Assembly (NCBI GenBank): GCA_030265395.1
Contig: JARFYF010000074.1
Location: 12,988,846-13,052,845 of the forward strand
Direction: 5' to 3'
Length of the DNA stretch: 64,000 nt
Source of the DNA: Rhina ancylostomus
Taxonomy: Eukaryota
Positions 1 to 11,670 of this stretch are shown here, piece after piece. The notes under the pieces were generated by a model, which was not told the origin of the DNA, made no database searches, and saw nothing but the letters and a program-made list of their open reading frames with translations. Made by a program: the position numbers and the translations under genes. Within the stretch, counting starts at the first letter, position 1. Every line of letters begins with the position of its first letter.

Positions 1-600
1 CACTTGAGATCCTGATTTTCAGCTTCCGACCTAGCTCCCTATAGTCCCTCGAGGACCTCATCTCATTTCCTATCCACATCACTGGTACCAATAGGTACTA
101 TGACTTCTGGCTGTTTGCCCTTCCCCTTCAGAATGATGTGGACCCATTCTGAGACGTCCCTGACCCTGGCACCCAGGAGGCAACATACCATCCAGGAGTC
201 TCTTTCACATCCACGGAATCACTTGCCTGCCTCCCCCCCTTACGACTGAATGCCCTATCACCACTGCTCTTCTCTTTCCCCCCCACCCCCCCTTCCCTTC
301 TGCAGCACACAACCAGGCTGAGTGCCAGAGATCTGGTCACTGTGGCTTTCCTCTGGTAGGTCACCTCCCCCAACAGTATACAAAGCTGAATACTTGTTAT
401 TGAGGGGAACAGCCACAGGAGTACTCTGCACTACCTGCCTATTCTCCTTCCTTCTCCTGAAAGTCAACCCACTATCTGCCTCCTGCAGCTTAGGAGTGAC
501 TGCCACCCTGTAGCCATCATCTATGAACTCCTCATTCTCCCATAGGAGCCAAAGGTCATCCAGCTGCATCTCCAGTTCTCTAACAAGGTGAATGCTGGAG
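1..600 (-). mobile_element. CR1 LINE ORF1 remnant (SGNH-esterase-type ORF1)
   Basis: Minus-strand translation with frameshifts gives VPLNNKYSAL, RAVVIGHSVVRG, PGARVRDVSEWVHIILKGEGEQPEVIVPIGT, typical of CR1 ORF1 esterase motifs. Confidence 0.8.
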
Positions 601-625
601 ATCAGGTCGCACCCATGGAAGGAAA

Positions 626-662
626 AACTTAACATTTCAGGTCAAATACCCTTCATCAGAAC
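626..662 (-). ncRNA. Degenerate minimal type-I hammerhead ribozyme motif (Penelope-associated)
   Basis: Minus strand reads AGTT-CTGATGA-AGGGT-atttg-ACCT-GAAAT-GTT-AAGT. Catalytic boxes CUGAUGA and GAAA and stem II are intact; the stem III palindrome GAAACGTT is changed to GAAATGTT. Confidence 0.55.
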
Positions 663-1640
663 TGAGGAAGGGAGAAAACAAGGTAATCTTGGTAGCAGAA
701 AAGGTGGGGGAAGGGCAAAAGGTGGAACAAAGAAAATTTCTGTAATAGGGTGAAATAATGTTTCCATTAAAGCCAGAATATGCAAATGATAGGAATGGAA
801 GTGGAGAGAAATAAGCAAGCAAAAATGGCCAATCTTGATACAAAACAAAAAGAGGTTATCTAAAGTTGGAATATTCAATATACAGTCTGGAAGTGTGCAA
901 CATGTCCAGAGAGAAGAGGCGTTATGCCTCAAGCTTATAACCTCTTGTACTGTAAGAGAAGTCAGAGTAGGAGTGGATCAGGAATTAAAATGGCAGGTAA
1001 TAAATTCAGGGACACTCTTGCTGACTGATCATAAAGCAATCATCCAATTTGCATTTTGTTTCTGCGATGCAGAAAAGACCATATTGTGAACACCAAATCC
1101 AGTACACTGGACTGGAAGAAGTGCAAGTGAATCAGTGCTTCACTGGAAAGACTCATTGGACCCTTGGATTGTGGGAAGGGAAAAGTGAAATTACCAAGTT
1201 TGTTGCATCTCCTGCAGTCGCACTGGAAAGTGCCAAAAGATGGACTAGCACATGGGGACAGAAGAATGGGTCAATAAGGGAATGATCCTTTCAAAATGTT
1301 GGAACGGGGGAGGAAGGGAATGTGCCTGGTGGTGAGATCTTGTTGGAGCTGGTACAGACTGCAAAGGACAATCTGTTGAATGAAGAGGCTGGTGGGATGA
1401 ACGGCACAGACCAGGGGAGCTCTATTCTTGCTCTGTCCAAGTGGCAAGAGTATGGGTGTGGGAAATAGAAAAGATATAGTCAAGGGCACCATCCACTATA
1501 ATAGAGGGGAAACCACAGTTCAAGGAGGAAGACACTTCAGAGGCACCTGTACAGAATGTCTCATCAGAGACAATGGTGACCACAACAGAAAATCTAGGAG
1601 AATGGAATGAAGACTTTCAGGAGGCCAGGTGGGAGGAAGT
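626..1640 (-). mobile_element. Penelope-like element remnant (GIY-YIG endonuclease region plus 3' end with hammerhead-like motif)
   Basis: Minus strand near 1050-1235 gives GTFQCDCRRC followed by degenerate remnants resembling the FTC.SS..VY.I.C...YIGETK PLE endonuclease motif; the element ends in CTGATGA-agggt...acct-GAAA. Confidence 0.7.
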
Positions 1641-3124
1641 ATAAGCATCAAAATGGTATTGTTATACCCATTAGAGGACATACAGTTTTCTCTACTTCCT
1701 CAACAAACAGCAAATAAAAAAAAAATCACAGAACTCTGCAAGGAATCATGCTACCACTGATTCAAATGACAAAATAGCTCTAATCACACCAGGCATGGGA
1801 AAGTATGATTGGCATAATCTTTCAATCATCTCAATAGTAAATTTATTGGAAATTTTCAACCACTAACATCAATTCAAAGCTAAACTCTCTTTAAAAGAAA
1901 AAGAGTACAAGGACACCCAAAGTATGCAAACCATTCCCAACCAAAACAAATCAGGAGGATAGAGTGGAGAGGGAAATCTATTATTTATAGCAGAGTTTTG
2001 TATTTCTATTGATCAGCTGATTGCAATTAACATATTGTTTTGATATTGAATTCTGCATTTTCATTGAACATTTGAATTAGCAGATGCAGAATCCAGTTTC
2101 CTCATAAACACTAGAGATTACTATAGCAATCATTATATTGTACAAAAACAGTAACTTTATATAGAGCCTTTTTCACATCAAACACTAGCAAATTCACAGA
2201 ATCAAAGAAAACTGAACATTGAGCCACATGAGGTGAAAGTAGAGCAAATAATCACAAGCATGGTAAAGAGCAGAATGTTTTTGAGTAAAGGGACAAAAAA
2301 AAACACTGAGGAAGGGAATTCAGGGAGTTACGATGTTTAGAGCCGAAAGCACCGATATCAATCATAGAATGGTTAAATTTGTGGATAATCAGGAAGCCGT
2401 ATTGGAAGAGTGCAGATATCTAAGAGTGTTATAGAAGAGAAGGAAATTACAGAGAGAAGGAGGGGGAAAAAGGCCATGGTGACACACAAACACAAGGGTA
2501 AGAATTTTCAAATCAAAGCTTAACCTATCTGGGAGTCAATACTGGTCAGCAGGCACAAAAGAAAGGGATTTGGCTCTAATTAGAACAAATACAATGATTA
2601 CCTCTAGATGCCATGGAAACAGAATTACATCAAAGTACAGGTAAAGGTCATTAAAACAAACTACCCAACTCTCCTCCCAGATCCAATTCTGTCAGTGCAT
2701 CCTACTATTCTTATTTCCTTCATAGGTCAATTTAACATGCTTAAATACTCTTTCATAATTGCCACATTGACACCCGCTATGGCCAGTTGGGTAAATGAGG
2801 TTTCCTATTCAATTCCTTAGTGCCTATCCTATATTGATTACCTTTCATTTTATTTTGACAAATACACAATTTAGACTATCAAAATATTTCCACAATTTCA
2901 AAAACCTCATCTGGTCACCCCTCACTCTTCTCTCTTCAAAAACGATTCTTGGTCTAGTTTTCCTTTGATGGATATTGCCTTGCTGTTCCAGTAGCCTCTA
3001 TATCTTTTCTGCAATATAGCATCTGGAACTCCACAATACACCAAATATGGTCTGATCGAGGATTGATAAGGTTCAGCTGNNNNNNNNNNTTATGAATACT
3101 TGTATAGGCCTGAAACATAAGACT

Positions 3125-3545
3125 TCATAGAATCACAGAATAGTCATAGCTTCCTTCAGTGCTATTTCACCTGTGAAGTCCATTCTGACCACATGCAAGA
3201 TTAATCCACCGGGTTCCAGCCTCCAAGTCTCTCCATATAGCCTTGCAACTTCTTTCTTTTCAAATAATGCTCAATCTCCCTTTTGAATATTGCAATTGAA
3301 TCTGCCTCCATTAACTTGGCAGTACATTCTTGACCCTGATAACTTGTTGTGTAAAAACATCTTTCCTCTATCACTTTGATTCTTTTGCCTGTCAACATCA
3401 ACCCACGTCATCTAGTTCTTGACCCCTTTGTTAATGGGTAAGAATCTGTCTGCTCCATCTTTATCCTTCATGATTTTAAATGCCTACCTTAAGACTCCTT
3501 GCAATCTCCTCTATGACAAGACCAAGCCCAGATTCTCCAGTCATG
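3125..3545 (-). mobile_element. CR1 LINE 3' fragment
   Basis: ORF 3201..3401 (MEADSIAIFKREIEHYLKRKKLQGY) is a CR1 ORF2 C-terminus; catagaatcacagaa tail. Confidence 0.75.
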
Positions 3546-4174
3546 CCATTTTCAACAAACTATCTACATAAATTCACACGTCTGTTCTTGAACCCCTTTC
3601 AAAATTGTACCCTTGTGGTTTGTATTGACTTGTCTCATTCTTCCTACTAATCCCTCTGCATTTCTCAGCATTGAAGTTCAACTGTCACCTATCAACTCAT
3701 TCCATAATACATTTCCTTTTGGACTATATCCTATGTACAGTCGACTGTTCCAAATTTGCAGATTTGGAAATCGTGCCCCATTTAAGTCGCAGTGATTCTG
3801 GTAGTGCGTGTGCCTTTTTTCAGTTGGGGTGGTGGTGGGGATGGGGGCTTGGAGAAAGGGAGTTGATGGAGTGGTAGAGGAATGCTGTTGTAGCATACCT
3901 GTCAACAAGCTGTTATAGCATGCTTGTCAAATCCTTCTTGGCTTAATTCAAAATGCTGAAAATACTGGTTTCTCAACATTTTAAGGGTGGGTCTAGTTTG
4001 GAACCCATTAAGAGTCACAGATTGGCAGGTTATCTCCAGTGAACAAGATTTCTAACACAAGTGCATTTTAAGAATTACAGATGCACAACTGACAAACATA
4101 GGTTACAAAAAAATAAAACAGAGCTAATTTGATGAGGGTATTTAAATTTGAAGTTGTTCTATGTCTAAACTTAC

Positions 4175-4360
4175 TGAAAAATGTGGATTTAATTCATCTT
4201 TTTCCTCCTCTGTAAAGCCAAATACCGTTAACGTTTTGGGTCTGTGGTCAACCACCATATGCATCTGTGCACCTCTTCCTCTCACACTCCTGCCTCGACC
4301 TCTGCCTCGCGTCTGCATGGCTTTACCACGTCCTCCTGGTAGGATGCCCAATCGTGCAGC
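4175..4360 (-). CDS. RBM27: RBM27 exon 19-equivalent (RG-rich plus start of second RRM-like region), 186 nt
   Basis: ctttcag|GCT GCA CGA ... TTT TCA|gtaagt; AARLGILPGGRGKAMQTRGRGRGRSVRGRGAQMHMVVDHRPKTLTVFGFTEEEKDELNPHFS. Confidence 0.96.
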
Positions 4361-4849
4361 CTGAAAGTAGACAATAGATTTACTTCTGTCCATTTATATT
4401 ATGAGCAGTACTATTGTATACCTGGAACAAACAATGTGCACTTTTGCACAACATTTGCACTTCACTGCTCACATTGTGTATTCAGAATACAATAAATACT
4501 AGAACTGATCTGAAATGCTGGCTCTACAGCCCAGTGTTCCAAATTCAAGTCACTTCTGCAGTCAATTCGTGGGCACTGGGCTCACAACCTTGATTCACTC
4601 ACTCTGTCACACTTTCACTCACTGCCCCTTTTTAAATAGCCCTGCATGACAGGTTGGTCAAAGGAGAAAAAGCGCATGGGATTGAAGGAAGACTGGCAAA
4701 CAGGATTCAAAAATTGGCTCAGTAGCAGGAAGCAAAGGTTAGTGATCAACTGATGTTTTATTTCTGACTGGAAAACCAAGATATCTTTGCAGAAGTTTTA
4801 AAACAGCTGGGACGAACTTCAGTCACAAATTTCATAATCACATCTCCCA

Positions 4850-5630
4850 CGTCTAGGAAGTGGATGAAGTGCCAAGGGATTTGAGACATTGCAGTTGTGA
4901 CCACCTTCAAGAAATCAGACATATATGAATACACTAACTGTGGTGCGAGCTCCCTACTACTTATTAAAGGTAAAATTATCACCAGGGTCCTCCTCAACTG
5001 CCTTCTGCCAGTGGCCAAGGAGCACTCTCCAAGTCAAAAAAGATTTCCAAGAAAAATGCAGGGAGCAGCACCTCTCACTGTACATGGCCATTTTTGACTT
5101 AACAGAAGCCTTCTATTCTACCAACTGAGAAGATGATTGCATGTAAACCATAACAAACAAGTCCATAACAGACCTAATCTTAGCACGAACTAATTTGAAA
5201 GAAGGTGCATTGCCCAGTCTTTTCTCAGTCTTTTTTACTGCAATGCTACACCTCACTTCCAGCAAGCTTCTCCATTGAACAAATGGGGAAACTGTTTAAC
5301 CCCCTTTTCTAGAACAAAGGTCATCCCAGTTGTCACACCAACTTCAATTACTGAGCTACACAATTTGTACAATTGGAGGCCAAGCATCAATTCATCATCG
5401 ACTCATTCAGTGAAGCATACAAGAGAATGGGCCTTAACATCTGCAAAATAAAAGCCCTCTATCAAACACCTTCTGCATATAACACTGCTCCTTGACAATA
5501 AAGATGCATGGTGAGACCCTGGGACATGAGTGACTTCCCACATTTCAAAAGTCACCTTTCAAGGAAGGTAAACATTGAAGACAATGTGAATTTTATCATC
5601 AATGTGCCAGAACAGTATTTTGCTGCCTAA
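4850..5630 (+). mobile_element. RTE-clade LINE reverse transcriptase fragment
   Basis: VVTTFKK, GKIITRVLLNCLLPVAKE, QEKCREQHLSLYMAIFDLTEAF match RTE RT motifs. Confidence 0.8.
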
Positions 5631-6129
5631 TATGTCATATTATACTAGGATATATTAGATTAGAAACATACCCACTTTTAACAGCAAAACAATGGATTGA
5701 TTGTCATGTCCTTCAGCTTTCCGTGAACAATTTGGCTGGTAGCAATGGTGAAGGATCTGAAACTTAGCCTAGTTATAGAATTCTAAGATAAACCAAGTTG
5801 CAGTATGGCCACTCTCTCTCATTTTTATTCGTTCTGTATTTGATTAACCTAATTTTACATGGCAGGATCATGTTATCAAGCAGTGGGAGCTTTAGATTAT
5901 CTTGGACTTTCATATGTGCAGTCACATGTTAAAGTCTGAGATGTGCTAAAGATCATCAATAAATAAAGTGCATTACTCACTCACTTCATTTCAAGGTTTT
6001 TAATTATTTTCTAGAATTTTAATTACTTATATTTTTTTGTATTATTTAAATCTGATTGAATAGGTTTTCTTCCTTGCTGAAAAGAGGCCTTTGACGATTT
6101 ATAAAACTTTGGCAGCCAACAAACTGTCA

Positions 6130-6330
6130 ACACGCAGGACACTGAAGTCTATGAAAGCTGGAGCAGCAAACCATTTGCTGGAGGAACTCAGTGGGTTGCG
6201 CAGCACTTGTCGGGGAAAGGAACTGTCAATGCTTCAGGTCGAAACCCTGCATCAGAACTAAGAGTGGAGAGAGGAGATAGCCAGAAGAGGGAAAGAGAGG
6301 GGAATTGGTGAGATGGGGGCTAGGGGTGAT
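6130..6330 (-). mobile_element. Penelope-derived terminal repeat
   Basis: Same family as 626-662: gctggaggaactcag...gcttcaggtcgaaaccctgcatcagaact. Confidence 0.7.
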
Positions 6331-7271
6331 TGATGGGCCGAAGGTGGTTGGTGGGGGAAGTTGGGGTTGGTGGTGGTGAAGGATGACAGGCAAATCAAGC
6401 CAGGTAGGGAAGGGGCAGAGATGGAGAGAGCAAGAGAGCAGACAAATTGTCAAGCTTTGTTAGGGCATTCTGAAGTGGCGTACAACATTTTAGAACCTTT
6501 TTGTGACCAGAGGCATGTGAGCAGGTATGGCTGGTATTCATATTCCTGGCAGCAGGCTGGGTTATGACAACCTAGCCCATTAAGCTTCTAGCCTTTTACC
6601 TTATCAAATTCACAGCAAATGTGTTTAACTTTCAGAAATGTTTGATGTTCATAACTTTGCTGATTTTTAAACATTGAATATGGATTTTTGTGAAAGACAC
6701 TTTAGTTTGCTTTTNNNNNNNNNNNNNNNNNNNNNNNNNNNNNNNNNNNNNNNNNNNNNNNNNNNNNNNNNNNNNNNNNNNNNNNNNNNNNNNNNNNNNN
6801 NNNNNNNNNNNNNNTTAGTTTGCTTTTCTTTCCCTACCTACAACTTAATTTTGTTATACTTACATAGTCAAATAAGAGCAAATCAATAGCAACAAAAATA
6901 GACATTAAATTGAAGTTATACATTCTTTCTTCATCCTTCTTTTGGAAGAGATTACTATATTCCATAAACACTCTATTTTCTCAGTAGAATTGCACAGGTT
7001 AAATGAAGAGGAAAGGTTCTATTCAATCCATCAGCACACCTTAAATCATAACCTCAAAATAAATGTAGCACTGTATCTTCCCCAAATTCCCCACACCATT
7101 TTTTCTTATATAGATTGGTTACGACACTGACAACTTAGTGCTAAAATTAGCTGCACGATTTGCAGTTGTACTATAGGTCTATTTATTGTCAACCACAAGA
7201 TGATAGTACTCAGGTCACTTAAAAGATAAATATCGGATTGCCTTTGGTGACCTACTTAAGATGAACCTCAC

Positions 7272-7376
7272 CTCCACTTGGAGCTGGTTCAGCTTTTTAC
7301 GCAAGTCTGTTGTGTCTTCTCCTGAGTTAAGCTTCTTGTGGAAATCCAGTTCTGCATCCAGTAACTCCTTCTGTGC
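7272..7376 (-). CDS. RBM27: RBM27 exon 18-equivalent, 105 nt
   Basis: atctag|GCA CAG AAG ... GTG GAG|gtgagg; AQKELLDAELDFHKKLNSGEDTTDLRKKLNQLQVE. Confidence 0.96.
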
Positions 7377-7689
7377 CTAGATCCAAAAGAAAAATTAAAC
7401 ATTATACATCAATCTTCTTCATAAACATGTATTCTTCAACCAACAGCTACCAAAGTCAGCACAACCTGATGATATACTCTTTAACCTTTGGCATCAAATT
7501 TGCAACAAAATTTCTGAAACCACTTATCTGCTCAAACAAATCCTTGCCTTCATCTTTGATGCACTGATTCCCAATGAAACCATTACCCTTTTTCATCCTG
7601 ATCACATTCTTCTCTGCTCCCTTGTTTGAGAGATACAGACTTGAACAGAAATGGCAGACGACAGTGTTATCCATTCATCATCAGATCTC

Positions 7690-9480
7690 CTGGACCACAA
7701 AAAGCACTTTTAAACCCCGCTCTCCTTTGCTGAAACTGCTAAATATACCAGGTTAATTCTAGACTGCAATGATAACCCTACCTTCTTTTCAATATCCAAA
7801 GCCTTTATAAACCCTTCTCCTGTGTGTATCCTCCACCCTCACCTCAAACTAAAAGCACAAAGTGTTCATGGAATATGGTCTCTTCTTCTTTCCCAGCTCT
7901 ATCAGGACAACTTCTAACACTCCAAATTTGCATCTTTCTCTAGTTTCTTTCCCATCTTGCATCATGCCATGTGCAATTTCATCCAATCCTTGGCCCACTC
8001 CTTCTGGACGTTAGTCCCATTGAGCTAGGGGCAACCCAACTTCCCTTCCAGGCTGAGACAAAGAAAGGTTTGTTAATGTGCACTTGCCAGACTTAGTAGG
8101 AGCCAGCTGATCTAATACGCCAGTTAATTAAGAGTCAGCCTGTTGCTCCATTACCCCACCCCATGCTCTGAAAGGTCAGTTCCTAGAGCATGAAGGATTG
8201 TGAAGTACCATAAAGAGAAGCTTTTGCTGTACTCTTAGTTGCTCTCTCTTCAATTGTTGGCCTCCCTATGAATTTACTGTCATCATTCCATTCCTTCACA
8301 AGACTATTCCATTTCTAACAACAACTCTCCTAGTCCTTGCAGCAACTCAAGTTTCTGACCACAGTATACACAAGTCCTTGTCCGAATGCCTCCAGTCAGG
8401 TTTTCACCTCTGCTAGAATATAAAATCAGCTCTGATCAAAGTCACGTCATACATTTATGACAATCTATCCTCTTGGCCACCTTGGAACAGACAGGGTTAA
8501 TAATTCCACCCTCCTCTGATGCCTTTTACCACTCGTAGCTGCACGACACCATGCCCATGTAATTTCTCTCATTTTCTCAGAAGTGTCATGGCTACAGGAT
8601 CAGTAACAAGGGTTTCCCTTCCTGTGTCTACGCTGCTTCTCATCTGAACAACATCTGAAAGCACAGCTTCCATTTCCATATACAGAAAAACAATGTCACC
8701 ATTACTCCTCTGGGTGACTCAGCTATCTCTGAGCTGTCATAGTATAGGCAGAACCATCAATTTAGTATTAGGAACGACTGAAGCCTTCATATTTCCCATC
8801 ACAATCAGACTCCAAAATGATTCCTTTCCCCAGCAACTATCTGAACCAGATTCAAACTGCTCCCAGCCTTGCCATCGTAAATTATTATTTGATCTTCAGA
8901 TGTTATAATTGAGCTTCAGATCTCATACCATATCATTACTAAGACTACCTATTTCCAACTAAAATTCCACTTGCTTAAATTCATTTGCTACTTAAATCCT
9001 CATCTACCACTTTGTCATCTCCAGATGACTGGTTACCAACATAGTACTACCTGACCTTCCTCCTTTGGCAGCAAACTTATGAAACATTAAATTTTCAGTG
9101 AGTGTCCAAAACTGCATCCAAGTCACTCATCACTCCTGTGCTTGATGTACAGTGGCTCCTAGTTATATAAGCTCTTCATTTTTTAATCTTTATCATTTGT
9201 TTTGAAATCCCTCTACATTCCTTCCAATTCTATCCTCTTGTTTCCTGCACCCCAACAACCCTGTTTGTGCTGAAATTCTGTCCTGCTGAGATTCTGACTT
9301 TAATTATTCTATCCATGCCAGAGTGCTCAAGTCTGAAATTTTCTCTCCAAAACCCTTCTTTAAGGCATTCATTGAAACCTACTTGAAAGAACAAACTTGC
9401 ATTCATCTGCCCTAATATTTTGTTTTGTTTGATAACACTCCAGTGAAACACTTTGGTCTGTTTTTGCCATATTCAAGATA
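7690..9480 (+). mobile_element. Heavily decayed L2-type LINE
   Basis: C/T-rich decayed RT region ending in atcactcctgtgcttg..cagtggctcctag..tttaatct...aaatccctc, the ITPVL..LHWLPV...FKSL signature of L2 3' ends. Confidence 0.55.
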
Positions 9481-9763
9481 TCGTTTAAAGGAACTTCAAA
9501 AAGTATCTTATTGGAAGAGAAGTGGGTTTGGAGGTATTGAGGTCATGAAAAGTACAAGATACATTCCTGAGGCTTAAGTACATAACACTGCCTGCAACTT
9601 TAATGCAATATCGAGTGTGTACAGCATTATCTGAAGTGCCAAGTTTCCGATAAACAGCTCCATCAAAACTCCACTTGCTCTCTCAAAAGGACAAGAAAAA
9701 AAATCACAACATTGCTCAGTTATTTTCGGTAGCCTGAATATTATTTTTTTTATATACATTACA

Positions 9764-9772
<9 letters not shown>

Positions 9773-9807
<35 letters not shown>
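9773..9807. repeat. (AC)n microsatellite
   Basis: About 17 AC units immediately before the Tc1 left end. Confidence 0.95.
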
Positions 9808-9811
<4 letters not shown>

Positions 9812-9812
<1 letters not shown>

Positions 9813-10244
9813 AGTGGCATGCAAAAGTTTGGGCACCCCGGTCAAAATTTCTGTTACTGTGAATAGCTAAGTGAGTAAAAGATAACCCATTTCTTTAATA
9901 CTTTAGGCAAGATCACTTTTTTTATTTCCATTTTTTACAATTTCAATTTCAAAATAACAAAAAAGGAAAAGGGCCCAAAGCAAAAGTTTGGGCACCCTGC
10001 ATGNNNNNNNNNNNNNNNNNNNNNNNNNNNNNNNNNNNNNNNNNNNNNNNNNNNNNNNNNNNNNNNNNNNNNNNNNNNNNNNNNNNNNNNNNNNNNNNNN
10101 NNNAAACAAAAATAATACACTAATCTTGCTTAAAATGTTGAAAAGAATGTTTCATCTTTAACTTTATGACTTTTGGAGATTAGTTCATCTTCTACTCACT
10201 GAACTCTTCACACTAACAGAAATTTTGACCAGGAGTGCCCAAAC
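9812..10244. mobile_element. Tc1-family DNA transposon with long IR/DR-type inverted repeats; interior lost in an N-gap
   Basis: Left end CAGTGGCATGCAAAAGTTTGGGCACCC; direct repeat GCAAAAGTTTGGGCACCC at 9821 and 9980; right end aacagaaattttgaccaggagtgcccaaac is the reverse complement of the left ITR, with the outermost ~15 bp missing. Confidence 0.88.
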
Positions 10245-10369
10245 GGTTGAATATGAGTGAAAGAGCGAGAGCCTGGTATTACCTCCATGTTTGAGGGACC
10301 TTGCCATTCCAAAAAAAGATTCACTGTTTCCTATAGTACAATAATTATCCTTCATTAACTATTCCTTCT

Positions 10370-10640
10370 GCACAAGATCACAAGACAAAGGAGCAGAAGT
10401 AGGCCATTCGGCCCATTAAGTCTCTTCCGCCACTTCACCATGAGCTAAACTATTCTCCCATCTAGCCCCAATTCCGGGCCTTTTCCCCATATCCCTTGAT
10501 ACCCTGACTAATTAGATGTCTATCAATCTCCGCCTTAAATACCTCCAATGATTGGGCCTCCAGAGCTGTACGTGGCAACAAATTCCATAAAACCACAACC
10601 CTCTGGCTAAAGAAATTTCTCCGCATCTCTGTTCCAAAAC
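10370..10640 (-). mobile_element. CR1 LINE 3' end
   Basis: cacaagatcacaag tail, ggagcagaagtaggccattcggccc, and an RVVVLWNLLP-like reading on the minus strand. Confidence 0.8.
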
Positions 10641-11499
10641 CATAATGTTACGTCTTGTGGTAACTCTTGTATCATAACAATAATGAACCTCAACAGATGT
10701 ATTTTACTACTTCATAACTTTTCATGTAACAGATCATTGGGAACAGTCTGCAGAATTTCTTTGTACACTAAGGTCTGCTTCATTTAGATATGTTTGAAAT
10801 ATACTCTCTCAACGAATGACTCTCAGTTTCCAATCTGCCCCTCTTAATCTTGAGATTTGCCTGAATGGGGACTGTCTTTTTGACTCACCCATTTTGTATC
10901 TTATCTAGTTTTATTATCAAGCTCCTTTGGGCCAGAAAATAAGATTAACATTAACTCCCTGGCATGAAACAAGCTTGCTTAAATGAGTTTGACTTGAGGA
11001 AAGATCTCAGAAGCAAAGAACACTGTTTGAACACACATGCATTTTTTTTTCCTAAACTAGTGAAGATGAAACCTATCCTTTGTCTGTAACGAATTTTAAC
11101 TCAAGCTGGAGCTTAATGGGACAGTATTCAATAAATAAAGTCTTCTTCATTCTTAAAAAGCAGTAGTTAAAAAATAAAACTCAGTCAGTACTATCAGGTA
11201 AGCAAATCAAGTTATTCACTGTGTTTTCTATGTACTCATTTCCCATTGTAACCATAACCAGTTCCTGTACAAGGTTGTAAAAAAACTTTAAGGAAAAGAA
11301 AAAGGTCAACATGTCCAACTCAGATCAGTGTTCATGAAATATAATTCCTTGCATCATTCAATAACACTGTCTTTTCAATAACCTCCCAGAAAACTTGCTT
11401 CATAACTATTATTCTTCTAATGTTATTCAACTGGTTTCTTCTCTTATTTTGTAAAGTAAGGCACTAGTTAATGATGCATTAAAAGAATTGAAGACTAAC

Positions 11500-11670
11500 A
11501 TCAGATTTAGATTTTGGTTGTGATGGAACTGGTGGTGTTGATGCTGATGTAGCTTTTAATTCATCTCGCAATTGTGATATTCTTTCCGTTAAGTCTTTAA
11601 TTGTTTTCATAATTTTGGCTCTCTCCTCTGTTTTCATATTTTTATTCTTTTCCAACTTGCAAATCAATAC
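11500..11670 (-). CDS. RBM27: RBM27 exon 17-equivalent (coiled coil), 171 nt
   Basis: tttcag|GTA TTG ... TCT GAT|gttagt; VLICKLEKNKNMKTEERAKIMKTIKDLTERISQLRDELK...KSKSD. Confidence 0.95.

Noticed and set aside
2602-2688. 87-nt AG...GT open phase-0 segment where the next RBM27 exon might be expected
   Set aside because: The peptide NWIWEESWVVCFNDLYLYFDVILFPWHLE does not resemble the RBM26/27 second-RRM segment and the acceptor lacks a pyrimidine tract. The true next exon is probably outside the window.
3678-3908. ORF containing NGARFPNLQIWN, superficially like RBM26 HGARFKGQDLKLAWN
   Set aside because: No suitable splice sites or further similarity; it overlaps a small palindrome (ttccaaat...atttggaa). 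Treated as coincidence.
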